From NCBI GenBank assembly GCA_965219085.1, contig OZ244720.1, forward strand, positions 768,001 to 832,000: 64,000 nucleotides of DNA, given 5' to 3'. Source of the DNA: Dehalococcoidia bacterium (GTDB taxonomy: Bacteria; Chloroflexota; Dehalococcoidia; UBA2979). The notes below the pieces were generated by a model. The model saw only the letters and a list, made by a program, of their open reading frames with translations, was not told the DNA's origin and did not search any database. Positions 43,701 through 53,070 of this stretch are shown here, in pieces. The position numbers and the translations under genes were made by a program. Numbering within the stretch: position 1 is the first letter of the stretch; every line of letters starts with the position of its first letter.

Positions 43701-46332
43701 GGACGACCGCGTCGAGGAGCCGCCCCCGGTGAACTACCCACCGGAGTTCCCCGGCTCCACGGCGGAGCGCTCCATCGCCGAGAACGCGGCCGAGGGAACG
43801 CCTGTCGGCGACCCGGTCAGCGCCACCGATGCCAACGACGACACGCTGACCTACGCGCTCGCTGCGGACCCCTTCACGATCGACGACGATGGCCAGATCC
43901 GGGTCGCGCGGGGCGCGGCACTCAATCACGAGGCGGGAACCGTGTACTTCGTCACGGTGACCGCCACCGATCCCTCCAACGCATTAGCCATCATCTTCGT
44001 CAGCATCAGCCTCACGGACGTGAACGAGGCCCCGGAGGCTGTGGACGACTCGGGTACGACCGACGAGGACATGGAGCTGACCGTCGACGTCATCACGAAC
44101 GACGACGACCCCGACGAGGACGATCCCAACGACACCCTGACTGTCTCGGTGCGCACGCCGCCGGCCAACGGCGTCGCGGAGGTCAATGCTGCGACGAACG
44201 CCATCACCTACACGCCCAACGCCGACTACCACGGGGCGGACAGCTTCACCTACCGGGTGTTCGATGGCGCCCTCTACTCCGCCGCCGCCACGGTTAATGT
44301 CACCGTCCGGCCGGTGAACGACCGGCCCGAGTTTCCGGCAGCCACCGCCGAGCGTTCCGTCTCCGCTAGCGCCGGGGAAGGAGATACGGTCGGCGCTCCC
44401 GTCACGGCCACCGACGCCGACGACAGTGACACGCTCACGTACAGCCTCTTCGGGAGTGAGGCGCCCTTCTTCGACATCGATCTGTACAGCGGTCAGATCA
44501 CGGTTGGCGATGGCGTCACTTTCGAGATCGCGTCGAAGGACACGTACGAGGTCACTGTCACTGCCGAAGACCAAAACGGAGCCACGGCGAACGTCGCGGT
44601 GACCATCACCGTCACGGCCGGCCCCACCGGCGGCCCCGGCCCCACGGGCGGCGGCGGCGGGCCCTCCGGTCCCTCGCCCAGCGAGCTCGACTTCGAGTGG
44701 ACCGTGAAGCACGACATCGAGGCGCTCGCCGCCGCCAACGCGGCCGCCACCGGCGTCTGGTCCGACGGCGAGACGCTGTGGGTGGCCAACAACCCCGACG
44801 GCGCCGGCGACGGCGTCTACGCCTACGACCTCGAGACGGGCGAACGCGTCGAGGAGCGCGAGTTCGCGCTCGACGAGCGCAACCGCGCGCCGCGCGGCCT
44901 CTGGTCGGACGGCACGGTGATCTGGGTCTCCGACAGCGGCCGCGACAAGCTCTTCGCCCACGACCTCGCCACAGGCGAGCGCCTGGCCGCAGAGGACTTC
45001 GCACTGCACCCCGACAACGACGACCCACGCGGCATCTGGTCCGACGGCGAGACGATGTGGGTGCTGGATGGCCGCGACGACGCCCTCTTCGCCTACGACC
45101 TCGCCAGCGGCGAGCTGCTCGCCGAGTGCGCCCTCGACAGCGCCAACGGCGACCCCCGCGGCCTCTGGTCGGACGGCGTCACGATCTGGGTCTCCGACGA
45201 CGGCGCCAAGCGCCTCTTCGCCTACCGGCTGCCCCTCCTCCCGGAGGAAGCGGAGGACTCGGACGTGGAGGACGCCGATGCGGACGGGAAGGAGCTTGAG
45301 CGCGTCCGCGACGAGGAGTTCACGGAGCTGTCGAAGGCGAGCAACAACAGCCCGCGCGGCATCCGGTCCGACGGTGACGTGATGTACGTGGCGGACGCGA
45401 GCGACGACAAGGTCTACAGCTACAACATGCCCGACGCCATCGACGCGCGGCTGGCGTCGCTCACGGTGAGCGGCGTCGACATCGGCGAGTTCCTGCCCGG
45501 CCGCGAGGAGTACGACGGCGTCGCCGACGAGGGCGTGACGGCGACGACGGTCGAGGCCGAGGCCATGCAGCGCCGCACCACCGTCGTCATCGAGCCGCCC
45601 GACGCCGACGACAACGAGGCGAACGGCCACCAGGTGGCGCTCGAGGGAGTCGAGGCGATCACCGTCACCGTCACCTCGGCCGACGACAGCCGCACGAAGA
45701 CCTACCGCGTGCGCTTCCCCGAGACGGGCTGGGACCCGGCCCGCGATCCCTGGCCACACTGCCTGCGCGGCGCCGTCTCCGAGGGCTTCAGCCTCGTCGT
45801 CTTCGCGGGCGGCAGCGTCGACGACCTCTCCGCCTGCGCGGAGCGCCGGGACGTCGTGGCCTTCTACGCCCTGCACGAGGGCGTCTACGTCTCCTACCTC
45901 CTCGTCGCGCCTGACTTCGTGAACGAGCCGTTCCGCGAGCTGTTCGCCGATGGCCTGCCCTCCATCACGCCGCTGCTCGCCGGAAGCAACGGACCGCCCT
46001 CGGCGGACCCCTTCGGCGGCGACCTTGAAGCCGCCGGGCAGCCGTGGCCGCAGTGCCTGCGCGGCGAGATCGCCCCCGGCTTCAGCCTCGTCGTCTTCGA
46101 GGGCGGCAGCGTTGAGGATCTCGTAGCCTGCGCGGAGAGCCGCCACGTCACGGCCGTCTATGTCCTTGTCGGCGGCGAGTGGGTGTCCTACCTCCTCGGG
46201 GCGCCGGAGTTCGCGAACCTCGAGTTCAGGGAGCTGTTCCCCGACGGCCTGCCCTCCATCACGCCACTGGTTGTCAAGAGCGACGGGGCATCTGCAGGCG
46301 ACGCGGACCGCGATGGCTCGGCAAGCAATTGA
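37696..46332 (+). CDS. Giant secreted protein: GxWSDG propellers, FN3, HExxH peptidase-like domain, cadherin-like beta-sandwich, Spondin_N, cadherins, Ig-like domain, shared C-terminal cassette
   Basis: Signal peptide FLRLALLVAAAVLTLLALPWVAHA; YVHELGH; spondin motifs HFSRLVGAVH, MIAPSPDWFVG, LYPWDAGT; LDYE and VTDxNE cadherin motifs. True start is probably 37816-37828 because ATG 37696 lies inside the upstream motif. Confidence 0.9.
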   Translation: MSLTHIMRVRSNSAPSKAARHASRPTRQRPGLATGGTPPEVLQVLPTQPPAVLHDPRCQPGRRAALARTGFLRLALLVAAAVLTLLALPWVAHAEGDGAASSASPDVRSSARNVTAIALASTSPTTATATVTVSAAGTFHLRFSLKDEDQWQTAAPAIASAAEDLTFSLTGLVANAYFDVQVSEDSTFGTGVESITFQNRPADLDFALAESDIPTGIAGDASTLWIAFDGFTAEGNHFGIPTKLLAYKRLPEAERGNRDEDKDITPTTGHNLPGGLWSDGTHLYAVDQSQFRVYVYKLSDGSRAASREFAFPGDHSNAKGIWANRDTFWVVAPRHSAYAYKRTPASQYGDRDTAKDITLHEDGSYALRGLWSDGDTIWAVDGVDRKVHAFDLRHGLPLPELSVPLARAHSAVGAPSWGASGMWGDGEHLWILDANRGDRNGSTVFVYYQPRLDPSVSALSVISATDTALTIRADMIYPDPSRTVYLRYREPFGDTWSTTSGTGGRTIDFTISGPPAAPTLVVQASLDSTFSDGTEATAELLVRPAQHDFALTRGTGQVRGIWTDGATLWAVHDTHDGGRVDAYNLSTKAYDASRSFALASGNTAPRGVYANSSNMWVVDEQDKVWAYALSGSSFGSVDSTRTFEIATESGHPRGAWSNDTTLWVAGHVRERVLAYNIASTGTLGARDTAKEGALATSYAQPRGMWSDGTTLWVVDDSLDRVYAYALADTGVGARKPLREINLVRENPAPWGIASSGNILYVADEVKARVYAYMLPAAPSGDITNVAFDQVGRTTASITVTINNPDASEQTVALKYRALPDGAAQEVSETTSGTSVTFDLTGLTTDTLHALRVSLGTAGALHTPGFKTQSEKEQRGHYLNEEVVSVLEGDYPWLGELYEHMRRLSLDIRPLSDTKVFLDCETSRIEQLAGCAVVGINMGKRHASDTGVYVHELGHVYNAGSRYMGEDSEGRGIAWLYFADLAEGGTDCFVHELFAAAVEFYTMKQSNQAYYPDCSNTDDSPSEATLDLTESIVTKGIPTWFDTTYADDTVPYDTSTDPKYDKKYDLEQVWTDVKSVGKWDHAAVFALRNAFGGYCDRDRTREAALRDAPTRNPWRAGGCVPQAPEAVTLAPNGHVTWQAPPYDGGEYITAYLVEWKGRNEEYDPSRSAEITHVFGTLAYQTPSTEHGSSVRVSARNFNGSGEAAEDVQPIVAPGAPAVSLTAGDEELTARWSAPASDGGAAITSYDLRSIRNDAADKADDKWTEVIGAWTSGDLEHTVSGLSNGTQYDVEVRAVNRIGAGEWSTTQTGTPLSADATLQALSLSGARLSPAFASEDTSYTASVGYTVTQITVTATKNDAGADTTLVRPSDADSNVAGYQVNLSVGRNDIAISVRAANGSTRIYTVTVTRTRQDTSLTPAARDPVAPFPSEAVYTVTFQGAWTTVATPEGVPSNAHFSRLVGAVHSAAATFLRSGSAATDGVEVMAEEGQTANLQTEVQTAITATTARSILDGGTGSIGPTLSDTLRPTLSTAYPRVTLVTMIAPSPDWFVGVSGLPLLSSSGRWLRSHTLNLYPWDAGTEEGTGFSTSNSETDPPESITSIRGTGKFSTDPIATLSFALQSVSTTRTVVENTPPGGNIGLPVTATATDGAVTYTLGGADAASFAIVASRGQLRTKEALDYESRDNYVVEVTATDASGSAVTTVTVTVTDMNEPPQITPADDIAVDENYDGTLAAFSARDPENEPGLTYTWSLAGTDTGEFNLSEAGVLAFKHIPDADNPADSGRDNVYDITVRALDSAGMRGSIDITVTVRPVNEPPVISPPAIITTPGTLDYAENDTRAIVFTARDPEGGAIIWRPLGGADGDRFTLVTGTLRFAATPDYEAPLDAGRDNTYNVTIGASDAVEDASYTLTVRVTNREEPGTLSLSSEQPLVGTVLTATLADPDRVRSESWTWERSLNLPTWSEIDGATSERYTPVADDLYHYLRVTVDYTDGHGPDKRIQKRADDRVEEPPPVNYPPEFPGSTAERSIAENAAEGTPVGDPVSATDANDDTLTYALAADPFTIDDDGQIRVARGAALNHEAGTVYFVTVTATDPSNALAIIFVSISLTDVNEAPEAVDDSGTTDEDMELTVDVITNDDDPDEDDPNDTLTVSVRTPPANGVAEVNAATNAITYTPNADYHGADSFTYRVFDGALYSAAATVNVTVRPVNDRPEFPAATAERSVSASAGEGDTVGAPVTATDADDSDTLTYSLFGSEAPFFDIDLYSGQITVGDGVTFEIASKDTYEVTVTAEDQNGATANVAVTITVTAGPTGGPGPTGGGGGPSGPSPSELDFEWTVKHDIEALAAANAAATGVWSDGETLWVANNPDGAGDGVYAYDLETGERVEEREFALDERNRAPRGLWSDGTVIWVSDSGRDKLFAHDLATGERLAAEDFALHPDNDDPRGIWSDGETMWVLDGRDDALFAYDLASGELLAECALDSANGDPRGLWSDGVTIWVSDDGAKRLFAYRLPLLPEEAEDSDVEDADADGKELERVRDEEFTELSKASNNSPRGIRSDGDVMYVADASDDKVYSYNMPDAIDARLASLTVSGVDIGEFLPGREEYDGVADEGVTATTVEAEAMQRRTTVVIEPPDADDNEANGHQVALEGVEAITVTVTSADDSRTKTYRVRFPETGWDPARDPWPHCLRGAVSEGFSLVVFAGGSVDDLSACAERRDVVAFYALHEGVYVSYLLVAPDFVNEPFRELFADGLPSITPLLAGSNGPPSADPFGGDLEAAGQPWPQCLRGEIAPGFSLVVFEGGSVEDLVACAESRHVTAVYVLVGGEWVSYLLGAPEFANLEFRELFPDGLPSITPLVVKSDGASAGDADRDGSASN
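44638..46285 (+). repeat. Shared ~1.65-kb 3' cassette, copy B
   Basis: Near-identical to 35734-37375. Confidence 0.95.
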
Positions 46333-46446
46333 GCGTCTCAGATCGAGGTCGCCCGGCGGAAGGTTGACGCTACGGCTGGTGGCGCGCCTCGAAGCAACAG
46401 GCGCTGTTCGACCTCGTCGTCGCCGAGTGGCCGCAGGAGGGGGTCC

Positions 46447-47880
46447 GTGACACAAGCAGACTTCAACGAAGCAGCCTGGATCGAGCGCCTGGGAGCCGCC
46501 CTGGAACACGTGGCTGCGGAGGCACGCCCGTCTTACGCTTACGCCCCGCTCCCACCTGAGATGCCCCAGTCCCGTTCGACTGACGAGTATTGGTCAGTTC
46601 TCCATCGCGGATACCGCGACCTCGCGGCACGGGCTAAGCACGATGCGAGCGCCCTCAGGCAGTTCAATGACTCGTTCCTCTGGCTTGATACGGATCCCAC
46701 GGAGGCGAGTGCCGTCCTGCGGGAGCATCCGCTTCTGAAGCCGGGGTTGGCGGGCTCGGGCAAGAACGAACGGGTCCGTCTGACGGTTCTCAACAGGCGG
46801 TTTGGCTCGGACGTGAAGGGGCTCGTGGCGTGTCTTGCAAGACTCTCCGTCAAGGAGGGAGGCGCGGAAGCCGCTCGGCGCCTGCACCGCTACCTGACCG
46901 CCGGGGCGAGTGGGACCCTCCCGGCCTACGAGATAGCGGTCGTTCACGGACTGGTCGTGAAAGAGCGCTTCAACCTGGACGCAGGCGCCTACCTCGCCCC
47001 GTACGAAGACGCCAGAGCGGAGTTCGGCCTGCCTGAAGAATCTGAGCCGCTGTCGAAGAGGGGCTTCCCAGCCGCGGCCGTGCTCGTGCGCAGCCTTGAG
47101 TACGGACCGGGCGTCGCGCCACCCGACGATGATGATGCCGACCTGGCCGCTGTGCGGATCGCCTACCGCTTCCCTGCCGCCTACCGGGTGGACCTTGAGA
47201 GCTGGTTCGAAGGCAGCAAGCGGCTCCTCGATCTACTCTCAATCGCCAGGGGGGTTCCACTGCTGTCCCGCACGCACTACGTCCGCGTGGCCGGATGGAT
47301 CGAGGAGATCCACCCCAGCTTCGCGTTCGGCACTGAGCACTCCAGTGGCTTCGTCTCCGACGTGCGGCCGCGAGGCCGCGACTTCTCCAGGGGCGATGCT
47401 GATGCCTTTCTGGAGCTCGCCCGCGGCTGGCATGCCTTCCCGGGCAGACCGGACGCCATGAACCTCGCGATCCGCCGGCTGGCTGCTTCGTTCTCTCGTC
47501 CCGGCGGCCGATTTGGGCAGGAAGACCGTATGCTCGATGTCGCCATCGCACTGGAGGTGTTCTACGGAGGGGCGACCGGCCACAAGCTTGCACAGCGCGC
47601 TGCCGGACTTCTTGAAGCGGGAGCCTCCGCACAGAAGCGGACATACGATCAGGCGACGAGCTTCTACCGCGTGCGGTCGAGCATCGTACACTTGAGGAAG
47701 CAGCTACCTTCACCTGACGTTCTGGGCACGGAACTCGAGGCAGGGCGTGATCTAGCCTGCCGTACACTCGCGAGCTTGCTGAGCCGCGCCGAGCGCCCGA
47801 AGTGGGCAGCTGTGGTGAGAAGCCTGCTACCCGAGACGAGAGCGCACATCGAGGCGGTGAGGAGCCTGAGCGCCAAGTAG
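46447..47880 (+). CDS. HEPN-domain protein (ApeA-like C-terminal HEPN)
   Basis: DVAIALEVFY...KLAQRAAGLL...FYRVRSSIVH (Rx4H motif); GTG start after GGAGGGG. Confidence 0.8.
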   Translation: MTQADFNEAAWIERLGAALEHVAAEARPSYAYAPLPPEMPQSRSTDEYWSVLHRGYRDLAARAKHDASALRQFNDSFLWLDTDPTEASAVLREHPLLKPGLAGSGKNERVRLTVLNRRFGSDVKGLVACLARLSVKEGGAEAARRLHRYLTAGASGTLPAYEIAVVHGLVVKERFNLDAGAYLAPYEDARAEFGLPEESEPLSKRGFPAAAVLVRSLEYGPGVAPPDDDDADLAAVRIAYRFPAAYRVDLESWFEGSKRLLDLLSIARGVPLLSRTHYVRVAGWIEEIHPSFAFGTEHSSGFVSDVRPRGRDFSRGDADAFLELARGWHAFPGRPDAMNLAIRRLAASFSRPGGRFGQEDRMLDVAIALEVFYGGATGHKLAQRAAGLLEAGASAQKRTYDQATSFYRVRSSIVHLRKQLPSPDVLGTELEAGRDLACRTLASLLSRAERPKWAAVVRSLLPETRAHIEAVRSLSAK

Positions 47881-48441
47881 CGCGCCGCCAGCGCCGAGTC
47901 CGAGTTGCAACGGCGCAGACATCGTCAGATCGAAACCGCCCCTGAGAAAGTACGTGGAGGCACCAGCACATACCACATCGCGAACCTTCGTTCTGGTGCT
48001 CTAGTCGGCGCCGCAGTGCTGGCACAAGGCGTCGAATCGCGGAGCCTTAGCCAGCATCCTGGCATGGATGCCCCGAGCGCTGTTGACACCCAACGGGGGC
48101 TGAGTTACCGGTATTCCAATCGACACCAAGAGCTGTGCTACTCGTGGGCCGTGAACCTGTCGGCCCCCGCTGAGGGCCGCATCACCTTTCGCCAAGCGAA
48201 GCTTCAGGGGAACAGCTACCTATCGCATGGTCTCCTTGCCCGTTCACGCCATGGCCCATCCCTGGGAGAGTCTGCAGCCCGGGACTGCTCGCGGCGCGCG
48301 GGCGGCCCGCGAGCGCGGCCGGGCTGGAGGGCTGGCCCCCGCTCTACGACCTGGGCTGGGACAGCGATTGGGCGTACTGGTCGGCCTGCCAGAACGGGCC
48401 CGCGCCTGACCTCGCCGCCATCGGCCGACCCGTGTTCCGAT

Positions 48442-50063
48442 TGTCGACGAGCAGCGATTTTGTCAGTGCAAGAGAGCAGCGACTTTGTCAGTGCCGCCGC
48501 TTCCGTCGGAGGGTGCCGCAGCGCCGTTCCGGCGTCCAGGCACGCCGTTGGCCCGCACGTAGCTGCTCACGGTGTCGCGGGAGATCCCGAGCAGCCTGGC
48601 GGTCGCCCGCATCGAGAGCCCCTGCAGCTGCGCCTGCTGGATCGCCTTCCAGCGCGCGAGCTGCCTGGGAGTGGGAGCGCGGAGCTGCTTGCTCCCGGTC
48701 TCGGGTCTGCTGGTAGCACCGTTGCTCGCCACCTTCACCGCCGCGGTGGCAGCGGGGAGCCGCCGGGGTGCGCCTCCGGAGCCGAGCCCGGAGGCGATGC
48801 GCTCGTGGTCGGGGTTCCGGGCCAGCTCGGAGCGCGCCGCCCTCAGCACCCCGGCGCGCGGCGGCGCCTCGCGCGAACGGATCGTCTCCCCCTGGTGCAG
48901 GACGGAGAGCTCGCCGCCCGGCCGTTCCACCACCTCGACCTTCGCCCCGGCGTAGCTGGTCCGCTCGGGCCCGGGCAGCAGCTGGAGCGTGCGCCAGCGG
49001 TACTTGACCGTGTTGTCGCGGGCGACGCTGCGGGGGTGCCGGAAGCTGAGGATGGAGGCGAGCGGGAGCGCGGGGTCGAGCGGGCGGTAGGCCACCGCGG
49101 GCTCGGCTGCCGGGACCCGGAAGCGGGCGTTGAAGCGCGGCAGGAAGCGCTCGAGCACGGTCTGGGCCTCGGCGATGGTGGAGGCCGAGGCGTCGCTGAG
49201 TTCGGTCACCAGGCGATCCTGGAACGTCCCTGCGGCACGTTCAACGCGGCCCTTGGCCTGCGGTGAGCGGGCGAAGATCTGGGTGACCCCGAGTTCCCGC
49301 ATCGCCCGTGCGAATTGGGTTGCGACCTTCAGGCCCCGCCGTCCGTCGGAGGAGGCTTTGAAGACGCCGTGGCGGTCGCTGTAGAGGGCGAGCGGGATGC
49401 CGCAGCGCCGGACGATCTCCTCCAGCAACAGGAAGTAGCCGCGCGCGTCCTCGACGGGGCGGAAGAGGGCGTGCACGGCTGCGCCGGTCGCATCGTCAAC
49501 GGCGAGCAGGAGGGCGAAGCGCGGGCCGCGCTGCTCGAGCCAGGCGTGGTGGCTGCCGTCGACCTGGAGCAGCATCCCCTCGCGGGGCATCCGCTCACGC
49601 CGGACACGGTGCTCGGGCGGCCGGCGCCGGCGGGGACTCGCGATGCCGGCCCGCGCCAGGATCCGGCGGACGGTCCAACTGCTCACGTCCAGACCCTCGT
49701 GCTCCCAGAGCAACTCGGCGAGGTGGGTGTGGTTCGCTCCCGGGTAGCGGGTGCTGGCGAAGCGCACCACGGCCGAGGCGACATCGGCCGGGACGGCGTT
49801 GTGCGGACGGCGCCCGCGGTTGCCGTGCCCCAGCGCGGCGGTTCCGCGCGCACGCTAGGCGGCGAGGAGCCGCCACGCGTGTCGCTCGCTGATGCCCAGG
49901 ATCTCGGCGGCCTGCGAGGCCTGCAGATCTCCGGCCATCACCCCTTCGAGTACGTAGCGTCGTGCTTCTTCGGACTGCTTCACTGTCACCCCCCTGCTCG
50001 CTGGCCGGGGACTGACAGAATCGCTGCTCCGTTAACTACTGACCGAATCGCTGCTCAACGACA
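48442..50063 (-). mobile_element. IS481/ISNCY-type insertion sequence
   Basis: Ends TGTCGACGAGCAGCGATTTTGTCAGT and ACTGACCGAATCGCTGCTCAACGACA, each with a second internal copy; no target duplication seen. Confidence 0.85.
48463..49983 (-). pseudogene. DDE transposase (integrase core) with in-frame TAG at 49855-49857
   Basis: HTH QAAEILGISERHAWRLLAA*RARG stays in frame into LLQVDGSHHAW, AVDDATG, YSDRHGVF, AKGRVER. Confidence 0.85.
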
Positions 50064-50170
50064 GTGCGATCGCTCTAAAACCCGACCGCTGATCGGTCTA
50101 AAACTCGGCCACTCCAGGGCATGGCCCACCCTTGTGTCGGCGGGAGCCGCACGAGGTTGGGAGGAAGGGG

Positions 50171-51631
50171 ATGCTCGGAGTGCAGGACATCTACGCGCTG
50201 CGGCACAAGGTCTTCGTCGAGGGCAAGAGCCAGCGCCGGGTGGCGCGCGAGATGGGGCTCGCGCGCGACACGGTGCGGCGCTACCTCGCGACGCCGCTGC
50301 CGGAGCCGCGGAAGCGCAAGCGGCCGCGGCCGGTGCTGGAGCAGGTGCGGCCGCGGCTGGAGCAGTTGGTCGAGGAGTGGTCGGAGCGCACCACGGCGAA
50401 GCAGCGCATCACGGGCCGGAGGCTGCAGCGGGCGCTGCGCGAGGAGGGCTACGAGATCGGGCTGACGCTCGTGCTCGAGTATCTGCGCGAGTGGCGCCGC
50501 ACGCGCGCCGAGGTCTACGTGCCGCTGGTCCACCGCCCGGGCGAGAGCGCGCAGGCCGACTTCTTCGAGGTCAGCGTCGAGCTCGCCGGCGAGCGGCGCA
50601 AGGCCTGGCTCTTCCTGATGCGGCTGATGCACTCGGGGCGGGACTTCGTCCGGCTCTACGAGCGCCAGGACCAGCTCGCCTTCCTCGACGGCCACGTGCG
50701 GGCCTTCGCCCACTTCGGCGGGGCGCCCCGGCGCACGGTCTACGACAACCTCTCCGCCGCGGTGCGGCGGGTGCAGTTCCCGCGCCGCGCCCTGAGCGAG
50801 CGCTTCGCGGCGCTCGCCAGCCACTATGGCGTCGAGCCCTGCTTCGCGCGCCCCGGCGAGGGGCACGACAAGGGTGGCGTGGAGTCCCGCGGCAGGGGCG
50901 TGCGGCTGCAGGTGCTCACGCCGATCCCCCGCGGCGACTCGCTCCCCGAGCTCTCGGAGCAGATGCAGGGGGAGGTCGACCGCCTCGCGCCCGAGCGGGT
51001 CTGGGAGCGCTTCGCTAGCGAGCAGGGGGCGCTGCGGCCCCTGCCGGATGTGGCGTTCGAGGCACGGCGGCTGCAGCCGGTCTCGGTCAGCCGCAGCGCG
51101 CTGGTGCGCGTCGAGGGCGCCTGATACTCGGTGCCGGAGCGCTGGGCGGGGCTCTCGGTCACGGCCTGGCTGGGCGTGGAGGAGGTGACGCTCAGCCTCG
51201 GGACGGAGCGGGTGAGCCATCCCCGGCAGCGCTTCGGCGGCCGGCGGGTGAGCTACCGCCACTACCTCGGCGAGCTCTCGCGCAAGCCACAGGCGCTCAG
51301 GCAGGTGGCGCCGGAGCTGCTCGCGGAGCTGGGCGAGCCCTACGGACGGCTCTGGGCGCTGCTGGAGGGCGAGCGCGGCGGCCACGAGGCCGCTCGCGCG
51401 CTGGCGCGGCTGCTGCGGGCGCCGGCGGAGCACGGCGAGGAGCGCGTGCGCGCGGCGCTCGAGGCCTGCCTCGCAGGCGACGGGCGCTTCGACGAACTGG
51501 CCTTCCGCCGCTCGCTGGCCGGGGCCCGGGAGCGACGCGAGGTGGTGGTGCCCGAGGCGCTGCGCGGCTACGCGGTCGAGCACGCCTCGGCGCGTGACTA
51601 CGACCGCCTGCTCCCGGGCGGTGCGCTGTGA
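50171..51631 (+). pseudogene. istA: IS21 transposase IstA with in-frame TGA at 51122-51124
   Basis: PGESAQADFF, YDNLSAAV, HDKGGVE, then EGA*YSVP with the same frame continuing to 51631. Confidence 0.9.
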
Positions 51632-52377
51632 GCGAGGCGGCGCGCACCGCCGTGCTCGAGGCGCACTGCCGCGAGCTGAAGCTGCCTACCGTGCGCCGCT
51701 CCTACCCGGAGCTTGTGCGCGAGGCGACGCAGCACGGCTGGGACTACGAGGAGTTCCTCGTGCAGTTGCTCGAGGCCGAGGTGCTGGCGCGACGCGACGG
51801 CGCCGTGGCGCGCCTGCTGCGCCAGGCGCGCTTCCCCGACGTCAAGACCTTCGAGCAGCTCGACTGGGAGGCGCTGCGGGGAGTCGAGCGCCCGCAGCTC
51901 GCCCAGCTCGCGACCTGCGCGTACATCGAGCGCGCCGAGGACGTCGTGATCGCCGGGCCGATCGGCACCGGCAAGACGCACCTCGCGATCGCGCTCGGAG
52001 TGGAGGCCGCGCGCCGTCGCCACCGCGTCGCGTTCGTGCGCGCGGCCGACCTCGTGCGCGAGCTGGTCGAGGCGCGCGACGAGCTCACGCTCTCCAGACT
52101 GCACCAGCGCTACCAGCGGGTCGCGCTGCTGATCGTCGACGAGCTCGGCTTCGTGCCCTTCGAGCGCACCGGCGGTGAGCTGATCTTCAACCTCCTCGCC
52201 GACCGCTACGAGCGGCGCTCGACGATCGTCACCACCAACCTCGCCTTCAGCGAGTGGGTGCAGGTCTTCGGCGACGAGAAGCTCACCACGGCGCTGCTCG
52301 ACCGCCTCGGGCACCACGCCCAGATCCTCACCACGCGCGGCCAGTCCTACCGGACCCGTCACAGAACACAGACCTGA
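51628..52377 (+). CDS. istB: IS21 helper ATPase IstB
   Basis: [29 protein letters not shown]. Confidence 0.95.
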   Translation: MSEAARTAVLEAHCRELKLPTVRRSYPELVREATQHGWDYEEFLVQLLEAEVLARRDGAVARLLRQARFPDVKTFEQLDWEALRGVERPQLAQLATCAYIERAEDVVIAGPIGTGKTHLAIALGVEAARRRHRVAFVRAADLVRELVEARDELTLSRLHQRYQRVALLIVDELGFVPFERTGGELIFNLLADRYERRSTIVTTNLAFSEWVQVFGDEKLTTALLDRLGHHAQILTTRGQSYRTRHRTQT

Positions 52378-52484
52378 CCTGATCAACGAAGGACTCAGCA
52401 CCAAGAACGTCAGCAGGGATCGTGGCGCCGGAGTGGATCACCATCCGGCCGCTGACCTGGATCACTATCCGAACGCTGTTGACA

Positions 52485-52900
52485 GCCGGCGCCGGCGGGG
52501 ACTCGCGATGCCGGCCCGCGCCAGGATCCGGCGGACGGTCCAACTGCTCACGTCCAGACCCTCGTGCTCCCAGAGCAACTCGGCGAGGTGGGTGTGGTTC
52601 GCTCCCGGGTAGCGGGTGCTGGCGAAGCGCACCACGGCCGAGGCGACATCGGCCGGGACGGCGTTGTGCGGACGGCGCCCGCGGTTGCCGTGCCCCAGCG
52701 CGGCGGTTCCGCGCGCACGCTAGGCGGCGAGGAGCCGCCACGCGTGTCGCTCGCTGATGCCCAGGATCTCGGCGGCCTGCGAGGCCTGCAGATCTCCGGC
52801 CATCACCCCTTCGAGTACGTAGCGTCGTGCTTCTTCGGACTGCTGCACCTGTCACCCCCTGCTCGCTGCTGGGGACTGACAGAATCGCTGCACGTCGACA
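52485..52900 (-). mobile_element. Partial second copy of the IS481/ISNCY-type element (transposase 5' part plus end)
   Basis: Matches about 49620-50027, including the TAG (52720-52722); terminates ...ATCGCTGCACGTCGACA. Confidence 0.9.
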
Positions 52901-52909
52901 ATCGCAACA

Positions 52910-53070
52910 CTTCCCTTGGATTTGCCGCCCGGCGCGTCCTGTAGGGGCCTTTCCCCTTGACCTGCCTGTGTTTTCGGGGACTTCCGTCTCTCGGAACTCA
53001 CGTCTATCCCCTGTACACGCCCATGACACCCGTCGGGCCAGCCCGAGGCCGGATCCGACGAATTGCCACG
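52910..53070. repeat. Copy 3 of the conserved non-coding element
   Basis: Near-identical to 25879-26040; left side bounded by the IS end. Confidence 0.9.

Larger units (their letters stand above)
50064..52484 (+). mobile_element. Second, divergent IS21-family element
   Basis: istA-istB pair; right end ...GCTGTTGACA with repeated TGGATCAC; left end with repeated TCTAAAAC abuts the IS481-type end and may be clipped. Confidence 0.85.

Noticed and set aside
47905-48430. ORF 47905..49266 on plus
   Set aside because: No recognisable motif, and most of it is antisense to the transposase.
51122-51124. TGA as Trp or Sec (alternative genetic code)
   Set aside because: TGA and TAG end many intact genes in this window, and the site is not a redox Cys position.
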